NCBI GenBank assembly: GCA_964035545.1
Contig: CAXIUT010000183.1
Span: 496,001 to 560,000 of the forward strand
Direction: 5' to 3'
DNA length: 64,000 nt
From: Bugula neritina
Lineage: Eukaryota > Animalia > Bryozoa
Part shown: positions 16,001 to 33,300 of the stretch, one piece after another
Position numbering within the stretch: the stretch's first letter is position 1
Layout of the letters: the number at the start of each line of letters is the position of its first letter
Translations under genes and position numbers: made by a program
Notes under the pieces: model-generated
Told to the model about the DNA's origin: nothing
Database searches by the model: none
Seen by the model: only the letters and a program-made list of their open reading frames with translations

Positions 16001-19000
16001 AAAATACTGCAACATACTGAAATATACTGTAACACACTGAAATATACTGCAACATACTGAAATACACTGTAACATACTGAAATAAACAGTAACATACTGA
16101 AATACACTGCAACATCCTACAACATACTGAATTACACTGTAACATTGTGAAATACACTGCAACACATTGAAAAATACTGCAACATACCGAAATATACGAT
16201 AAACTATTGAATTATACTGTAACACATTGAAAAATACTGAAACACACTGAAATATACTCTGACACAATGCAATATACTGTAACATACTGAAATATGCTGT
16301 AGCACACTGAAATACACTGCAACTCACTGAAATATACTACAACATACTGAAAAACACTGTAACATATTGAAACATACTGCAACATACTACAACATATTGA
16401 AAGACACTGCAACACATTGAAATATACTGCAACATACCTAAATAACCGGTAATATACTGAAGTATACTGTAACACATTGAAAAATACTACAACATACTGA
16501 AACACACTTTAACATATTGAAATACACTGCAACACATTGAAATATACTGCAACCTATAGAAATATATGGTAAACTACTGAAATATACTGTAACACATTGA
16601 AAAATACTGCAACATACTGAAACATACTGCGACACATTGCAATATACAGTAACATACTGAAACATGCTGTAGAACACTGAAATAGACTGCAGCTCACTGA
16701 AATATACTGCAACATACTGAAATACACTGCTACATACCGAAATATACTGCAACATACTGCAACATACTGAAATACACTGTAACATACTGAAATACACTGC
16801 AACAAACTACAACATATTGAAATACACTGCAACACATTGAAATATACTGCAATATACCTAAATATACGGTAATATACCGAAAAAAAAACTGTAACAGGTT
16901 GAAAAATTCTGCAACATACTGAAATAAACTGCAACACACTGAAATACAGCGCAAAATACTACAACATACTGAAATACACTGTAACATATTGAAATACACT
17001 GCAACACTTTGAAATATACTGCAACATACCGAAATATATGGTAAACTACCAAAATATACTGTAACATTTTGAAAAATAGTGCAACACACTGAAATATACT
17101 CTGACACATTGCAATATACTGTAACATACTGAAATATGCTGTAGCACACTGAAATACATTGCAACTCACTGAAATACACTGCAACATACTGAAATACACT
17201 GTAACATATTGAAAAATACTGCAACATACTGCAACATACTGAAATACACTGCAACATATTGAAAGACACTGCAAGACAATGAAATATACTGCAACATACT
17301 GAAATATACTGTAACACACTGAAATATACTGCAACATACTGAAATACACTGCTACATACTGAAATATACTGCAACATACTGCAACATACTGAAATACACT
17401 GTAACATACTGAAATACACTGCAACAAACTACAACATATTGAAATACACTGCAACACATTGAAATATACTGCAACATACCTAAATATACGGTAATATAGC
17501 GGAAAAAAACTGTAACAGATTGACAAATTCTGCAACATACTGAAATATACTGCGACACATTGCAATATACTGTAACATACTGAAATATGCTCTAGCACAC
17601 TGAAATACACTGCAACCCACTGAAATATACTGCAACATACGGAAATACACTGCAACACATTGAAATACACTGCAACATACCAAAATAAATGGTAAACTAC
17701 TGAAATATACTTTAACACATTGAAAAATACTGCAACATACTGAAGTATACTGTAACACACTGAAATATACTGCAACATACTGAAATACACTGTAACATAC
17801 TGAAATAAACAGTAACATACTGAAATACACTGCAACATCCTACAACATACTGAATTACACTGTAACATTGTGAAATACACTGCAACACATTGAAAAATAC
17901 TGCAACATACCGAAATATACGGTAAACTATTGAATTATACTGTAACACATTGAAAAATACTGAAACACACTGAAATATACTCTGACACAATGCAATATAC
18001 TGTAACATACTGAAATATGCTGTAGCACACTGAAATACACTGCAACTCACTGAAATATACTACAACATACTGAAAAACACTGTAACATATTGAAACATAC
18101 TGCAACCTACTACAACATATTGAAAGACACTGCAACACATTGAAATATACTGCAACATACCTAAATATCCGGTAATATACTGAAATATACTGTAACACAT
18201 TGAAAAATACTACAACATACTAAAATACACTGTAACATGTTGAAATACACTGCAACACATTGAAATATACTGCAACCTATAGAAATATATGGTAAACTAC
18301 TGAAATATACTGTAACACATTGAAAAATACTGCAACATACTGAAACATACTGCGACACATTGCAATATACAGTAACATACTGAAACATGCTGTAGCACAC
18401 TGAAATAGACTGCAGCTCACTGAAATATACTGCAACATACTGAAATACACTGCTACATACTGAAATATACTGCAACATACTGCAACACATTGAAATATAC
18501 TGCAATATACCAATATATATGGTAAACTGCTGAAATATACTTTAACACATTGAAAAATACTGCAACATAATGAAATATACTGTAACACACTGAAATATAC
18601 TGCAACATACTGAAATACACTGTAACATACTGAAATAAACTGCAACATACCAAAATATATGGTAAACTACTGAAATATACTTTAACACATTGAAAAATCC
18701 TGCAACATACTAAAATATACTGTAACACACTGCAAGATACTGCAACATACTGAAATACACTGAAACATACTGAAATAAACTGCAACATACCAAAATACAT
18801 GGTAAACTACTGAAATATACTGTAACACACTGAAAAATACTGCAACATACTGAAATATACTGCGACACATTGCAATATACTGCAACATACCAAAATATAT
18901 GGTAAACTACTGAAATATACTTTAACACATTGAAAATTACTGCAACATACTGAAATATACTGTAACACACTGAAATATACTGCAACAAACTGAAATACAC

Positions 19001-20640
19001 TGTAACATATTGAAATAAACTGCAACATACCAAAATATATGGTAAACTACTGAAATATACTTTAACACATTGAAAAATACTGCAACATACTAAAATATAC
19101 CGTAACACACTGCAAGATACTGCAACATACCGAAATACACTGTAACATACTGAAACACACTGCAACATACTGCATTATACTGACATACACTGGAACATAT
19201 TGAAATACACTGCAACACAATGAAATATACTGCAACATACCGAAATACACTGTAACATACTGAAACACACTGCAACATACTGCATTATACTGACATACAC
19301 TGGAACATATTGAAATACACTGCAACACAATGAAATATACTGCAACATACCAAAATATATGGTAAACTACTGAAATATACTTTAACACATTGAAAAATAC
19401 TGCAACATACTGAAATATACTGTAACACACTGAAATATACTGCAACATACTGAAATACACTGTAACATACTGAAATAAACAGTAACATACTGAAATACAC
19501 TGCAACATCCTACAACATACTGAATTACACTGTAACATTGTGAAATACACTGCAACACATTGAAAAATACTGCAACATACCGAAATATACGATAAACTAT
19601 TGAATTATACTGTAACACATTGAAAAATACTGAAACACACTGAAATATACTCTGACACAATGCAATATACTGTAACATACTGAAATATGCTGTAGCACAC
19701 TGAAATACACTGCAACTCACTGAAATATACTACAACATACTGAAAAACACTGTAACATATTGAAACATACTGCAACATACTACAACATATTGAAAGACAC
19801 TGCAACACATTGAAATATACTGCAACATACCTAAATAACCGGTAATATACTGAAGTATACTGTAACACATTGAAAAATACTACAACATACTGAAACACAC
19901 TTTAACATATTGAAATACACTGCAACACATTGAAATATACTGCAACCTATAGAAATATATGGTAAACTACTGAAATATACTGTAACACATTGAAAAATAC
20001 TGCAACATACTGAAACATACTGCGACACATTGCAATATACAGTAACATACTGAAACATGCTGTAGAACACTGAAATAGACTGCAGCTCACTGAAATATAC
20101 TGCAACATACTGAAATACACTGCTACATACCGAAATATACTGCAACATACTGCAACATACTGAAATACACTGTAACTTACTGAAATACACTGCAACAAAC
20201 TACAACATATTGAAATACACTGCAACACATTGAAATATACTGCAATATACCTAAATATACGGTAATATACCGAAAAAAAAACTGTAACAGGTTGAAAAAT
20301 TCTGCAACATACTGAAATAAACTGCAACACACTGAAATACAGCGCAAAATACTACAACATACTGAAATACACTGTAACATATTGAAATACACTGCAACAC
20401 TTTGAAATATACTGCAACATACCGAAATATATGGTAAACTACTAAAATATACTGTAACACTTTGAAAAATAGTGCAACACACTGAAATATACTCTGACAC
20501 ATTGCAATATACTGTAACATACTGAAATATGCTGTAGCACACTGAAATACATTGCAACTCACTGAAATATACTGCAACATACTGAAATACACTGTAACAT
20601 ATTGAAAAATACTGCAACATACTGCAACATACTGAAATAC
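13070..20640. repeat. Tandem macro-duplication, period 3393 bp (about 2.2 copies); its first ~1.7 kb also matches ~6960-8700 (offset 6110)
   Basis: ORF offsets are 3393 for 13337/16730, 14319/17712, 15317/18710 and 16554/19947, and 6110 for 7051/13161 and 8209/14319. Confidence 0.9.
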
Positions 20641-23139
20641 ACTGTAACATACTGAAATACATTGCAAAATACTACAACATACTGAAATACACTGTAACAC
20701 ATTGAAATATACTACAACATACCTAAATATCTGGTAATATACTGAAATATACTGTAACACATTGAAAAATACTGCAACATACTGAAATACACTGCAACCC
20801 ACTGAATTACATCGCAAAATACTACAACATACTGAAATACACTGTAACATATTGAAATACACTGCAACACATTGAAATATACTGCAACCTACAGAAATAG
20901 GTGGTAAACTACTGAAATATACTGTAACACATTGAAAAATACTGCAACATACTGAAATATACTGCGACACATTGCAATATACTGTAACATACTGAAATAT
21001 GCTCTAGCACACTGAAATACACTGCAACCCACTGAAATATACTGCAACATATGGAAATACACTGCAACACATTGAAATACACTGCAACATACCAAAATAA
21101 ATGGTAAACTACTGAAATATACTTTAACACATTGAAAAATACTGCAACATACTGAAATATACTGTAACACACTGAAATATACTGCAACATACTGAAATAC
21201 ACTGTAACATACTGAAATAAACTGCAACATACTGAAGTACACTGCAACATCCTACAACATACTGAAATACAATGTAACATATTGAAACACACTGCAACAC
21301 ATTGAAATATACTGCAATGTACCGAATTATATGGTGGACTACTGAAATATACTGTAACACACTGAAAAATACTGCAAGATACTGAAATATACTGCGACAC
21401 ATTGCAATATACTGTAACATACTGAAATATGCTACAGCACACTGAAATACACTGCAACTCACTGAAATATACTGCAACATATTGAAGCACACTGCAACAT
21501 TCTACAACATGCTGAAACACACTGTAACGTATTGAAATACACTGCAACACATTGAAATATACAGCAACATACCGAAATATATGGTAAACTACTGAAATAG
21601 ACTGTAACACATTGCAAAAGACTGCAACATACTGGAATATACTGCGACACATTGCAATATACTGTAACATACTGAAATATGCTCTAGCACACTGAAATAC
21701 ACTGCAACTCACTGAAATATACTGCAACATACTGAAATACACTGCAACACATTGAAATATACTGCAACCTACAGAAATAGGTGGTAAACTACTGAAATAT
21801 ACTGTAACACATTGAAAAATACTGCAACATACTGAAATATACTGCGACACATTGTAATATACTGTAACATACTGAAACATACTGTAGCACACTGAAATAG
21901 ACTGCAGCTCACTGAAATATACTGCATTATACTGAAATTCACTGCAGCATCCTACAACATGCTGAAATACACTGTAACATATTGAAACACACTGCAACAA
22001 ACTACAACATATTGAAATACACTGCAACGCATTGAAAGACACTGCAACACATTGAAATATACTGCAATATACCAATATATATGGTAAACTGCTGAAATAT
22101 ACTTTAACACATTGAAAAATACTGCAACATACTGAAATATACTGTAACACACTGAAATATACTGCAACATACTGAAATACACTGCTAGATACTGAAATAT
22201 ACTGCAACATACTGCAACAATCTGAAATACACTGTAACATACTGAAATGCACTGCAACAAACTACAACATATTGAAATACACTGCAACACATTGAAATAT
22301 ACCGCAACATACCTAAATATACGGTAATATACCGAAAAAAAAACTGTAACAGATTGAAAAATTCTGCAACATACTGAAATAAACTGCAACACACTGAAAT
22401 ACACCGCAAAATACTACAACATACTGAAATACACTGTAACATATTGAAATACACTGCAACACTTTGAAATATACTGCAACATACCGAAATATATGGTAAA
22501 CTACTAAAATATACTGTAACACTTTGAGAAATAGTGCAACACACTGAAATATACTCTGACACATTGCAATATACTGTAACATACTGAAATATGCTGTAGC
22601 ACACTGAAATACATTGCAACTCACTCAAATATACTGCAACATACTGAAATACACTGTAACATATTGAAAAATACTGCAACATACTGCAACATACTGAAAT
22701 ACACTGTAACATACTGAAATACATTGCAAAATACTACAACATACTGAAATACACTGTAACATACTGAAATACACTGCAATAAACTACAACATATTGAAAT
22801 ACACTGCAACACATTGAAATATACTGCAACATAGCTAAATATACGGTAATATAGCGGAAAAAAACTGTAACAGATTGACAAATTCTGCAACATACTGAAA
22901 TATACTGCGACACATTGCAATATACTGTAACATACTGAAACATGCTCTAGCACACTGAAATACACTGCAACCCACTGAAATATACTGCAACATACGGAAA
23001 TACACTGCAACACATTGAAATACACTGCAACATACCAAAATAAATGGTAAACTACTGAAATATACTTTAACACATTGAAAAATACTGCAACATACTGAAA
23101 TATACTGTAACACACTGAAATATACTGCAACATACTGAA

Positions 23140-23570
23140 ATACACTGTAACATATTGAAATACACTGCAACAAACTACAACATATTGAAATACACTGCAA
23201 CGCATTGAAAGACACTGCAACACATTGAAATATACTGCAATATACCAATATATATGGTAAACTGCTGAAATATACTTTAACACATTGAAAAATACTGCAA
23301 CATACTGAAATATACTGTAACACACTGAAATATACTGCAACATACTGCAACAATCTGAAATACACTGTAACATACTGAAATACACTGCAACAAACTACAA
23401 CATATTGAAATACACTGCAACGCATTGAAAGACACTGCAACACATTGAAATATACTGCAATATACCAATATATATGGTAAACTGCTGAAATATACTTTAA
23501 CACATTGAAAAATACTGCAACATACTGAAATATACTGTAACACACTGAAATATACTGCAACATACTGAAA
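23140..23570. repeat. Local 220-bp tandem duplication (repeated at ~31790-32220)
   Basis: caaactacaacatattgaaatacactgcaacgcattgaaagac starts at 23171 and 23391. Confidence 0.88.
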
Positions 23571-25879
23571 TAGACTGCTAGATACTGAAATATACTGCAA
23601 CATACTGCAACAATCTGAAATACACTGTAACATACTGAAATACACTGCAACAAACTACAACATATTGAAATACACTGCAACACATTGAAATATACCGCAA
23701 CATACCTAAATATACGGTAATATACCGAAAAAAAAACTGTAACAGATTGAAAAATTCTGCAACATACTGAAATAAACTGCAACACACTGAAATACACCGC
23801 AAAATACTACAACATACTGAAAGACACTGTAACATATTGAAATACACTGCAACACTTTGAAATATACTGCAACATACCGAAATATATGTTAAACTACTAA
23901 AATATACTGTAACACTTTGAAAAACAGTGCAACATACTGAAATATACTGCGACATTTTGCAATGTACTGTAACATACTGAAATATGCTGTAGCACACTGA
24001 AATACACTGCAACTCACTGAAATATACTGCAACATATTGAAATACACTGCAACATCCTACAACATGCTAAAATACACTGTAACATATTGAAATACAGTAC
24101 AACACATTGAAATATACTGCAACATACCGGAATATATGGTAAAGTACTGAAATATACTGTAACACACTGAAAAATACTGCAACATACTGAAATATACTGC
24201 GACACATTGCAATATACCGCAACATACCAAAATATATGGTAAACTACTGAAATATACTTTAACACATTGAAAAATACTGCAACATACTGAAATATACTGT
24301 AACACACTGAAATATACTGCAACATACTGAAATACACTGTAACATACTGAAATAAACTGCAACATACCAAAATATATGGTAAACTACTGAAATATACTTT
24401 AACACATTGAAAAATCCTGCAACATACTAAAATATACTGTAACACACTGCAAGATACTGCAACATACCGAAATACACTGTAACATAGTGAAACACACTGC
24501 AACATACTGCATTATACTGACATACACTGGAACATATTGAAATACACTGCAACATCCTGCAACATGCTGAAATACGCTGTAACATATTGAAATACACTGC
24601 AACACATTGAAAAATACTGCAACATACCGAAATATATGGTAAACTATTGAATTATACTGTAACACATTGAAAAATACTGAAACAAACTGAAATATACTCT
24701 GACACAATGCAAAATACTGTAACATACTGAAATATGCTGTAGCACACTGAAATACACTGCAACTCACTGAAATATACTGCAACATACTGAAAAACACTGT
24801 AACATATTGAGACATACTGCAACATACTGCAACATACTGAAATACACTGTAACATACTGAAATACATTGCAAAATACTGCAACATATTGAAATACACTGC
24901 AACACATTGAAATATACTGCAACATACCTAAATATCCGGTAATATACTAAGATATACTGTAACACATTGAAAAATACTGCAATGTACCGAATTATATGGT
25001 GGACTACTGAAATATACTGTAACACACTGAAAAATACTGCAAGATACTGAAATATACTGCGACACATTGCAATATACTGTAACATACTGAAATATACTAC
25101 AGCACACTGAAATACACTGCAACTCACTGAAATATACTGCAACATATTGAAGCACACTGCAACATTCTACAACATGCTGAAACACACTGTAACGTATTGA
25201 AATACACTGCAACACATTGAAATATACAGCAACATACCGAAATATATGGTAAACTACTGAAATAGACTGTAACACATTGCAAAAGACTGCAACATACTGA
25301 AATATACTGCGACACATTGCAATATACTGTAACATACTGAAATATGCTCTAGCACACTGAAATACACTGCAACTCACTGAAATATACTGCAACATACTGA
25401 AATACACTGCAACACATTGAAATATACTGCAACCTACAGAAATAGGTGGTAAACTACTGAAATATACTGTAACACATTGAAAAATACTGCAACATACTGA
25501 AATATACTGCGACACATTGTAATATACTGTAACATACTGAAACATACTGTAGCACACTGAAATAGACTGCAGCTCACTGAAATATACTGCATTATACTGA
25601 AATTCACTGCAGCATCCTACAACACGCTGAAACACACTGCAACAAACTACAACATATTGAAATACACTGCAACGCATTGAAAGACACTGCAACACATTGA
25701 AATATACTGCAATATACCAATATATATGGTAAACTGCTGAAATATACTTTAACACATTGAAAAATACTGCAACATACTGAAATATACTGTAACACACTGA
25801 AATATACTGCAACATACTGAAATACACTGCTAGATACTGAAATATACTGCAACATACTGCAACAATCTGAAATACACTG

Positions 25880-27390
25880 TAACATACTGAAATACACTGT
25901 AACATATTGAAAAATACTGCAACATACTGCAACATACTGAAATACACTGCAACATATTGAAAGACACTGCAAGACAATGAAATATACTGCAACATACTGA
26001 AATATACTGTAACACACTGAAATATACTGCAACATACTGAAATACACTGCTACATACTGAAATATACTGCAACATACTGCAACATACTGAAATACACTGT
26101 AACATACTGAAATACACTGCAACAAACTACAACATATTGAAATACACTGCAACACATTGAAATATACTGCAACATACCTAAATATACGGTAATATAGCGG
26201 AAAAAAACTGTAACAGATTGACAAATTCTGCAACATACTGAAATATACTGCGACACATTGCAATATACTGTAACATACTGAAATATGCTCTAGCACACTG
26301 AAATACACTGCAACCCACTGAAATATACTGCAACATACGGAAATACACTGCAACACATTGAAATACACTGCAACATACCAAAATAAATGGTAAACTACTG
26401 AAATATACTTTAACACATTGAAAAATACTGCAACATACTGAAGTATACTGTAACACACTGAAATATACTGCAACATACTGAAATACACTGTAACATATTG
26501 AAACACACTGCAACAAACTACAACATATTGAAATACACTGCAACGCATTGAAAGACACTGCAACACATTGAAATATACTGCAATATACCAATATATATGG
26601 TAAACTGCTGAAATATACTTTAACACATTGAAAAATACTGCAACATACTGAAATATACTGTAACACACTGAAATATACTGCAACATACTGCAACAATCTG
26701 AAATACACTGTAACATACTGAAATACACTGCAACAAACTACAACATATTGAAATACACTGCAACACATTGAAATATACTGCAACATACCTAAATATACGG
26801 TAATATACCGAAAAAAAAACTGTAACAGATTGAAAAATTCTGCAACATACTGAAATAAACTGCTACACACTGAAATACACCGCAAAATACTACAACATAC
26901 TGAAATACACTGTAACATATTGAAATACACTGCAACACTTTGAAATATACTGCAACATACCGAAATATATGTTAAACTACTAAAATATACTGTAACACTT
27001 TGAAAAACAGTGCAACATACTGAAATATACTGCGACACTTTGCAATGTACTGTATCATACTGAAATATGCTGTAGCACACTGAAATACACTGCAACTCAC
27101 TGAAATATACTGCAACATATTGAAATACACTGCAACATCCTACAACATGCTAAAATACACGGTAACATATCGAAATACAGTACAACACGTTGAAATATAC
27201 TGCAACATACCGGAATATATGGTAAAGTACTGAAATATACTGTAACACACTGAAAAATACTGCAACATACTGAAATATACTGCGACACATTGCAATATAC
27301 TGCAACATACCAAAATATATGGTAAACTACTGAAATATACTTTAACACATTGAAAAATACTGCAACATAATGAAATATACTGTAACACAC
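25880..27390. repeat. Non-adjacent copy of ~11570-13080 (offset 14306 bp)
   Basis: ORF offsets 11744/26050, 11872/26178, 12791/27097 and 12834/27140. Rare variants aaactgctacacac and tgtatcatac are shared. Confidence 0.85.
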
Positions 27391-30300
27391 TGAAATATAC
27401 TGCAACATACTGAAATACACTGTAACATACTGAAATAAACTGCAACATACCAAAATATATGGTAAACTACTGAAATATACTTTAACACATTGAAAAATCC
27501 TGCAACATACTAAAATATACTGTAACACACTGCAAGATACTGCAACATACTGAAATACACTGAAACATACTGAAATAAACTGCAACATACCAAAATACAT
27601 GGTAAACTACTGAAATATACTGTAACACACTGAAAAATACTGCAACATATTGAAATATACTGCGACACATTGCAATATACTGCAACATACCAAAATATAT
27701 GGTAAACTACTGAAATATACTTTAACACATTGAAAATTACTGCAACATACTGAAATATACTGTAACACACTGAAATATACTGCAACAAACTGAAATACAC
27801 TGTAACATATTGAAATAAACTGCAACATACCAAAATATATGGTAAACTACTGAAATATACTTTAACACATTGAAAAATACTGCAACATACTAAAATATAC
27901 CGTAACACACTGCAAGATACTGCAACATACCGAAATACACTGTAACATACTGAAACACACTGCAACATACTGCATTATACTGACATACACTGGAACATAT
28001 TGAAATACACTGCAACACAATGAAATATACTGCAACATACCGAAATACACTGTAACATACTGAAACACACTGCAACATACTGCATTATACTGACATACAC
28101 TGGAACATATTGAAATACACTGCAACACAATGAAATATACTGCAACATACCAAAATATATGGTAAACTACTGAAATATACTTTAACACATTGAAAAATAC
28201 TGCAACATACTGAAATATACTGTAACACACTGAAATATACTGCAACATACTGAAATACACTGTAACATACTGAAATAAACAGTAACATACTGAAATACAC
28301 TGCAACATCCTACAACATACTGAATTACACTGTAACATTGTGAAATACACTGCAACACATTGAAAAATACTGCAACATACCGAAATATACGGTAAACTAT
28401 TGAATTATACTGTAACACATTGAAAAATACTGAAACACACTGAAATATACTCTGACACAATGCAATATACTGTAACATACTGAAATATGCTGTAGCACAC
28501 TGAAATACACTGCAACTCACTGAAATATACTACAACATACTGAAAAACACTGTAACATATTGAAACATACTGCAACATACTACAACATATTGAAAGACAC
28601 TGCAACACATTGAAACATACTGCAACATACCTAAATATCCGGTAATATACTGAAATATACTGTAACACATTGAAAAATACTACAACATACTGAAATACAC
28701 TGTAACATATTGAAATACACTGCAACACATTGAAATATACTGCAACCTATAGAAATATATGGTAAACTACTGAAATATACTGTAACACATTGAAAAATAC
28801 TGCAACATACTGAAACATACTGCGACACATTGCAATATACAGTAACATACTGAAACATGCTGTAGAACACTGAAATAGACTGCAGCTCACTGAAATATAC
28901 TGCAACATACTGAAATACACTGCTACATACCGAAATATACTGCAACATACTGCAACATACTGAAATACACTGTAACATACTGAAATACACTGCAACAAAC
29001 TACAACATATTGAAATACACTGTAACATATTGAAATACACTGCAACACTTTGAAATATACTGCAACATACCAAAATATATGGTAAACTACTAAAATATAC
29101 TGTAACACTTTGAAAAATAGTGCAACACACTGAAATATACTCTGACACATTGCAATATACTGTAACATACTGAAATATGCTGTAGCACACTGAAATACAT
29201 TGCAACTCACTGAAATATACTGCAACATACTGAAATACACTGTAACATATTGAAAAACACTGCAACATACTGCAACATACTGAAATACACTGTAACATAC
29301 TGAAATACATTGCAAAATACTACAACATACTGAAATACACTGTAACACATTGAAATATACTACAACATACCTAAATATCTGGTAATATACTGAAATATAC
29401 TGTAACACATTGAAAAATACTGCAACATACTGAAATACACTGCAACCCACTGAATTACATCGCAAAATACTACAACATACTGAAATACACTGTAACATAT
29501 TGAAATACACTGCAACACATTGAAATATACTGCAACCTACAGAAATAGGTGGTAAACTACTGAAATATACTGTAACACATTGAAAAATACTGCAACATAC
29601 TGAAATATACTGCGACACATTGCAATATACTGTAACATACTGAAATATGCTCTAGCACACTGAAATACACTGCAACCCACTGAAATATACTGCAGCATAT
29701 GGAAATACACTGCAACACATTGAAATACACTGCAACATACCAAAATAAATGGTAAACTACTGAAATATACTTTAACACATTGAAAAATACTGCAACATAC
29801 TGAAATATACTGTAACACACTGAAATATACTGCAACATACTGAAATACACTGTAACATACTGAAATAAACTGCAACATACTGAAGTACACTGCAACATCC
29901 TACAACATACTGAAATACAATGTAACATATTGAAACACACTGCAACACATTGAAATATACTGCAATGTACCGAATTATATGGTGGACTACTGAAATATAC
30001 TGTAACACACTGAAAAATACTGCAAGATACTGAAATATACTGCGACACATTGCAATATACTGTAACATACTGAAATATGCTACAGCACACTGAAATACAC
30101 TGCAACTCACTGAAATATACTGCAACATATTGAAGCACACTGCAACATTCTACAACATGCTGAAACACACTGTAACGTATTGAAATACACTGCAACACAT
30201 TGAAATATACAGCAACATACCGAAATATATGGTAAACTACTGAAATAGACTGTAACACATTGCAAAAGACTGCAACATACTGAAATATACTGCGACACAT

Positions 30301-33300
30301 TGCAATATACTGTAACATACTGAAATATGCTCTAGCACACTGAAATACACTGCAACTCACTGAAATATACTGCAACATACTGAAATACACTGCAACACAT
30401 TGAAATATACTGCAACCTACAGAAATAGGTGGTAAACTACTGAAATATACTGTAACACATTGAAAAATACTGCAACATACTGAAATATACTGCGACACAT
30501 TGTAATATACTGTAACATACTGAAACATACTGTAGCACACTGAAATAGACTGCAGCTCACTGAAATATACTGCATTATACTGAAATTCACTGCAGCATCC
30601 TACAACATGCTGAAATACACTGTAACATATTGAAACACACTGCAACAAACTACAACATATTGAAATACACTGCAACGCATTGAAAGACACTGCAACACAT
30701 TGAAATATACTGCAATATACCAATATATATGGTAAACTGCTGAAATATACTTTAAAACATTGAAAAATACTGCAACATACTGAAATATACTGTAACACAC
30801 TGAAATATACTGCAACATACTGAAATACACTGCTAGATACTGAAATATACTGCAACATACTGCAACAATCTGAAATACACTGTAACATACTGAAATACAC
30901 TGCAACAAACTACAACATATTGAAATACACTGCAACACATTGAAATATACCGCAACATACCTAAATATACGGTAATATACCGAAAAAAAAACTGTAACAG
31001 ATTGAAAAATTCTGCAACATACTGAAATAAACTGCAACACACTGAAATACACCGCAAAATACTACAACATACTGAAATACACTGTAACATATTGAAATAC
31101 ACTGCAACACTTTGAAATATACTGCAACATACCGAAATATATGGTAAACTACTAAAATATACTGTAACACTTTGAGAAATAGTGCAACACACTGAAATAT
31201 ACTCTGACACATTGCAATATACTGTAACATACTGAAATATGCTGTAGCACACTGAAATACATTGCAACTCACTCAAATATACTGCAACATACTGAAATAC
31301 ACTGTAACATATTGAAAAATACTGCAACATACTGCAACATACTGAAATACACTGTAACATACTGAAATACATTGCAAAATACTACAACATACTGAAATAC
31401 ACTGTAACATACTGAAATACACTGCAATAAACTACAACATATTGAAATACACTGCAACACATTGAAATATACTGCAACATAGCTAAATATACGGTAATAT
31501 AGCGGAAAAAAACTGTAACAGATTGACAAATTCTGCAACATACTGAAATATACTGCGACACATTGCAATATACTGTAACATACTGAAACATGCTCTAGCA
31601 CACTGAAATACACTGCAACCCACTGAAATATACTGCAACATACGGAAATACACTGCAACACATTGAAATACACTGCAACATACCAAAATAAATGGTAAAC
31701 TACTGAAATATACTTTAACACATTGAAAAATACTGCAACATACTGAAATATACTGTAACACACTGAAATATACTGCAACATACTGAAATACACTGTAACA
31801 TATTGAAATACACTGCAACAAACTACAACATATTGAAATACACTGCAACGCATTGAAAGACACTGCAACACATTGAAATATACTGCAATATACCAATATA
31901 TATGGTAAACTGCTGAAATATACTTTAACACATTGAAAAATACTGCAACATACTGAAATATACTGTAACACACTGAAATATACTGCAACATACTGCAACA
32001 ATCTGAAATACACTGTAACATACTGAAATACACTGCAACAAACTACAACATATTGAAATACACTGCAACGCATTGAAAGACACTGCAACACATTGAAATA
32101 TACTGCAATATACCAATATATATGGTAAACTGCTGAAATATACTTTAACACATTGAAAAATACTGCAACATACTGAAATATACAGTAACACACTGAAATA
32201 TACTGCAACATACTGAAATACACTGCTAGATACTGAAATATACTGCAACATACTGCAACAATCTGAAATACACTGTAACATACTGAAATACACTGCAACA
32301 AACTACAACATATTGAAATACACTGCAACACATTGAAATATACCGCAACATACCTAAATATACGGTAATATACCGAAAAAAAAACTGTAACAGATTGAAA
32401 AATTCTGCAATATACTGAAATAAACTGCAACACACTGAAATACACCGCAAAATACTACAACATACTGAAATACACTGTAACATATTGAAATACACTGCAA
32501 CACTTTGAAATATACTGCAACATACCGAAATATATGTTAAACTACTAAAATATACTGTAACACTTTGAAAAACAGTGCAACATACTGAAATATACTGCGA
32601 CATTTTGCAATGTACTGTAACATACTGAAATATGCTGTAGCACACTGAAATACACTGCAACTCACTGAAATATACTGCAACATATTGAAATACACTGCAA
32701 CATCCTACAACATGCTAAAATACACTGTAACATATTGAAATACAGTACAACACATTGAAATATACTGCAACATACCGGAATATATGGTAAAGTACTGAAA
32801 TATACTGTAACACACTGAAAAATACTGCAACATACTGAAATATACTGCGACACATTGCAATATACCGCAACATACCAAAATATATGGTAAACTACTGAAA
32901 TATACTTTAACACATTGAAAAATACTGCAACATACTGAAATATACTGTAACACACTGAAATATACTGCAACATACTGAAATACACTGTAACATACTGAAA
33001 TAAACTGCAACATACCAAAATATATGGTAAACTACTGAAATATACTTTAACACATTGAAAAATCCTGCAACATACTAAAATATACTGTAACACACTGCAA
33101 GATACTGCAACATACCGAAATACACTGTAACATAGTGAAACACACTGCAACATACTGCATTATACTGACATACACTGGAACATATTGAAATACACTGCAA
33201 CATCCTGCAACATGCTGAAATACGCTGTAACATATTGAAATACACTGCAACACATTGAAAAATACTGCAACATACCGAAATATATGGTAAACTATTGAAT

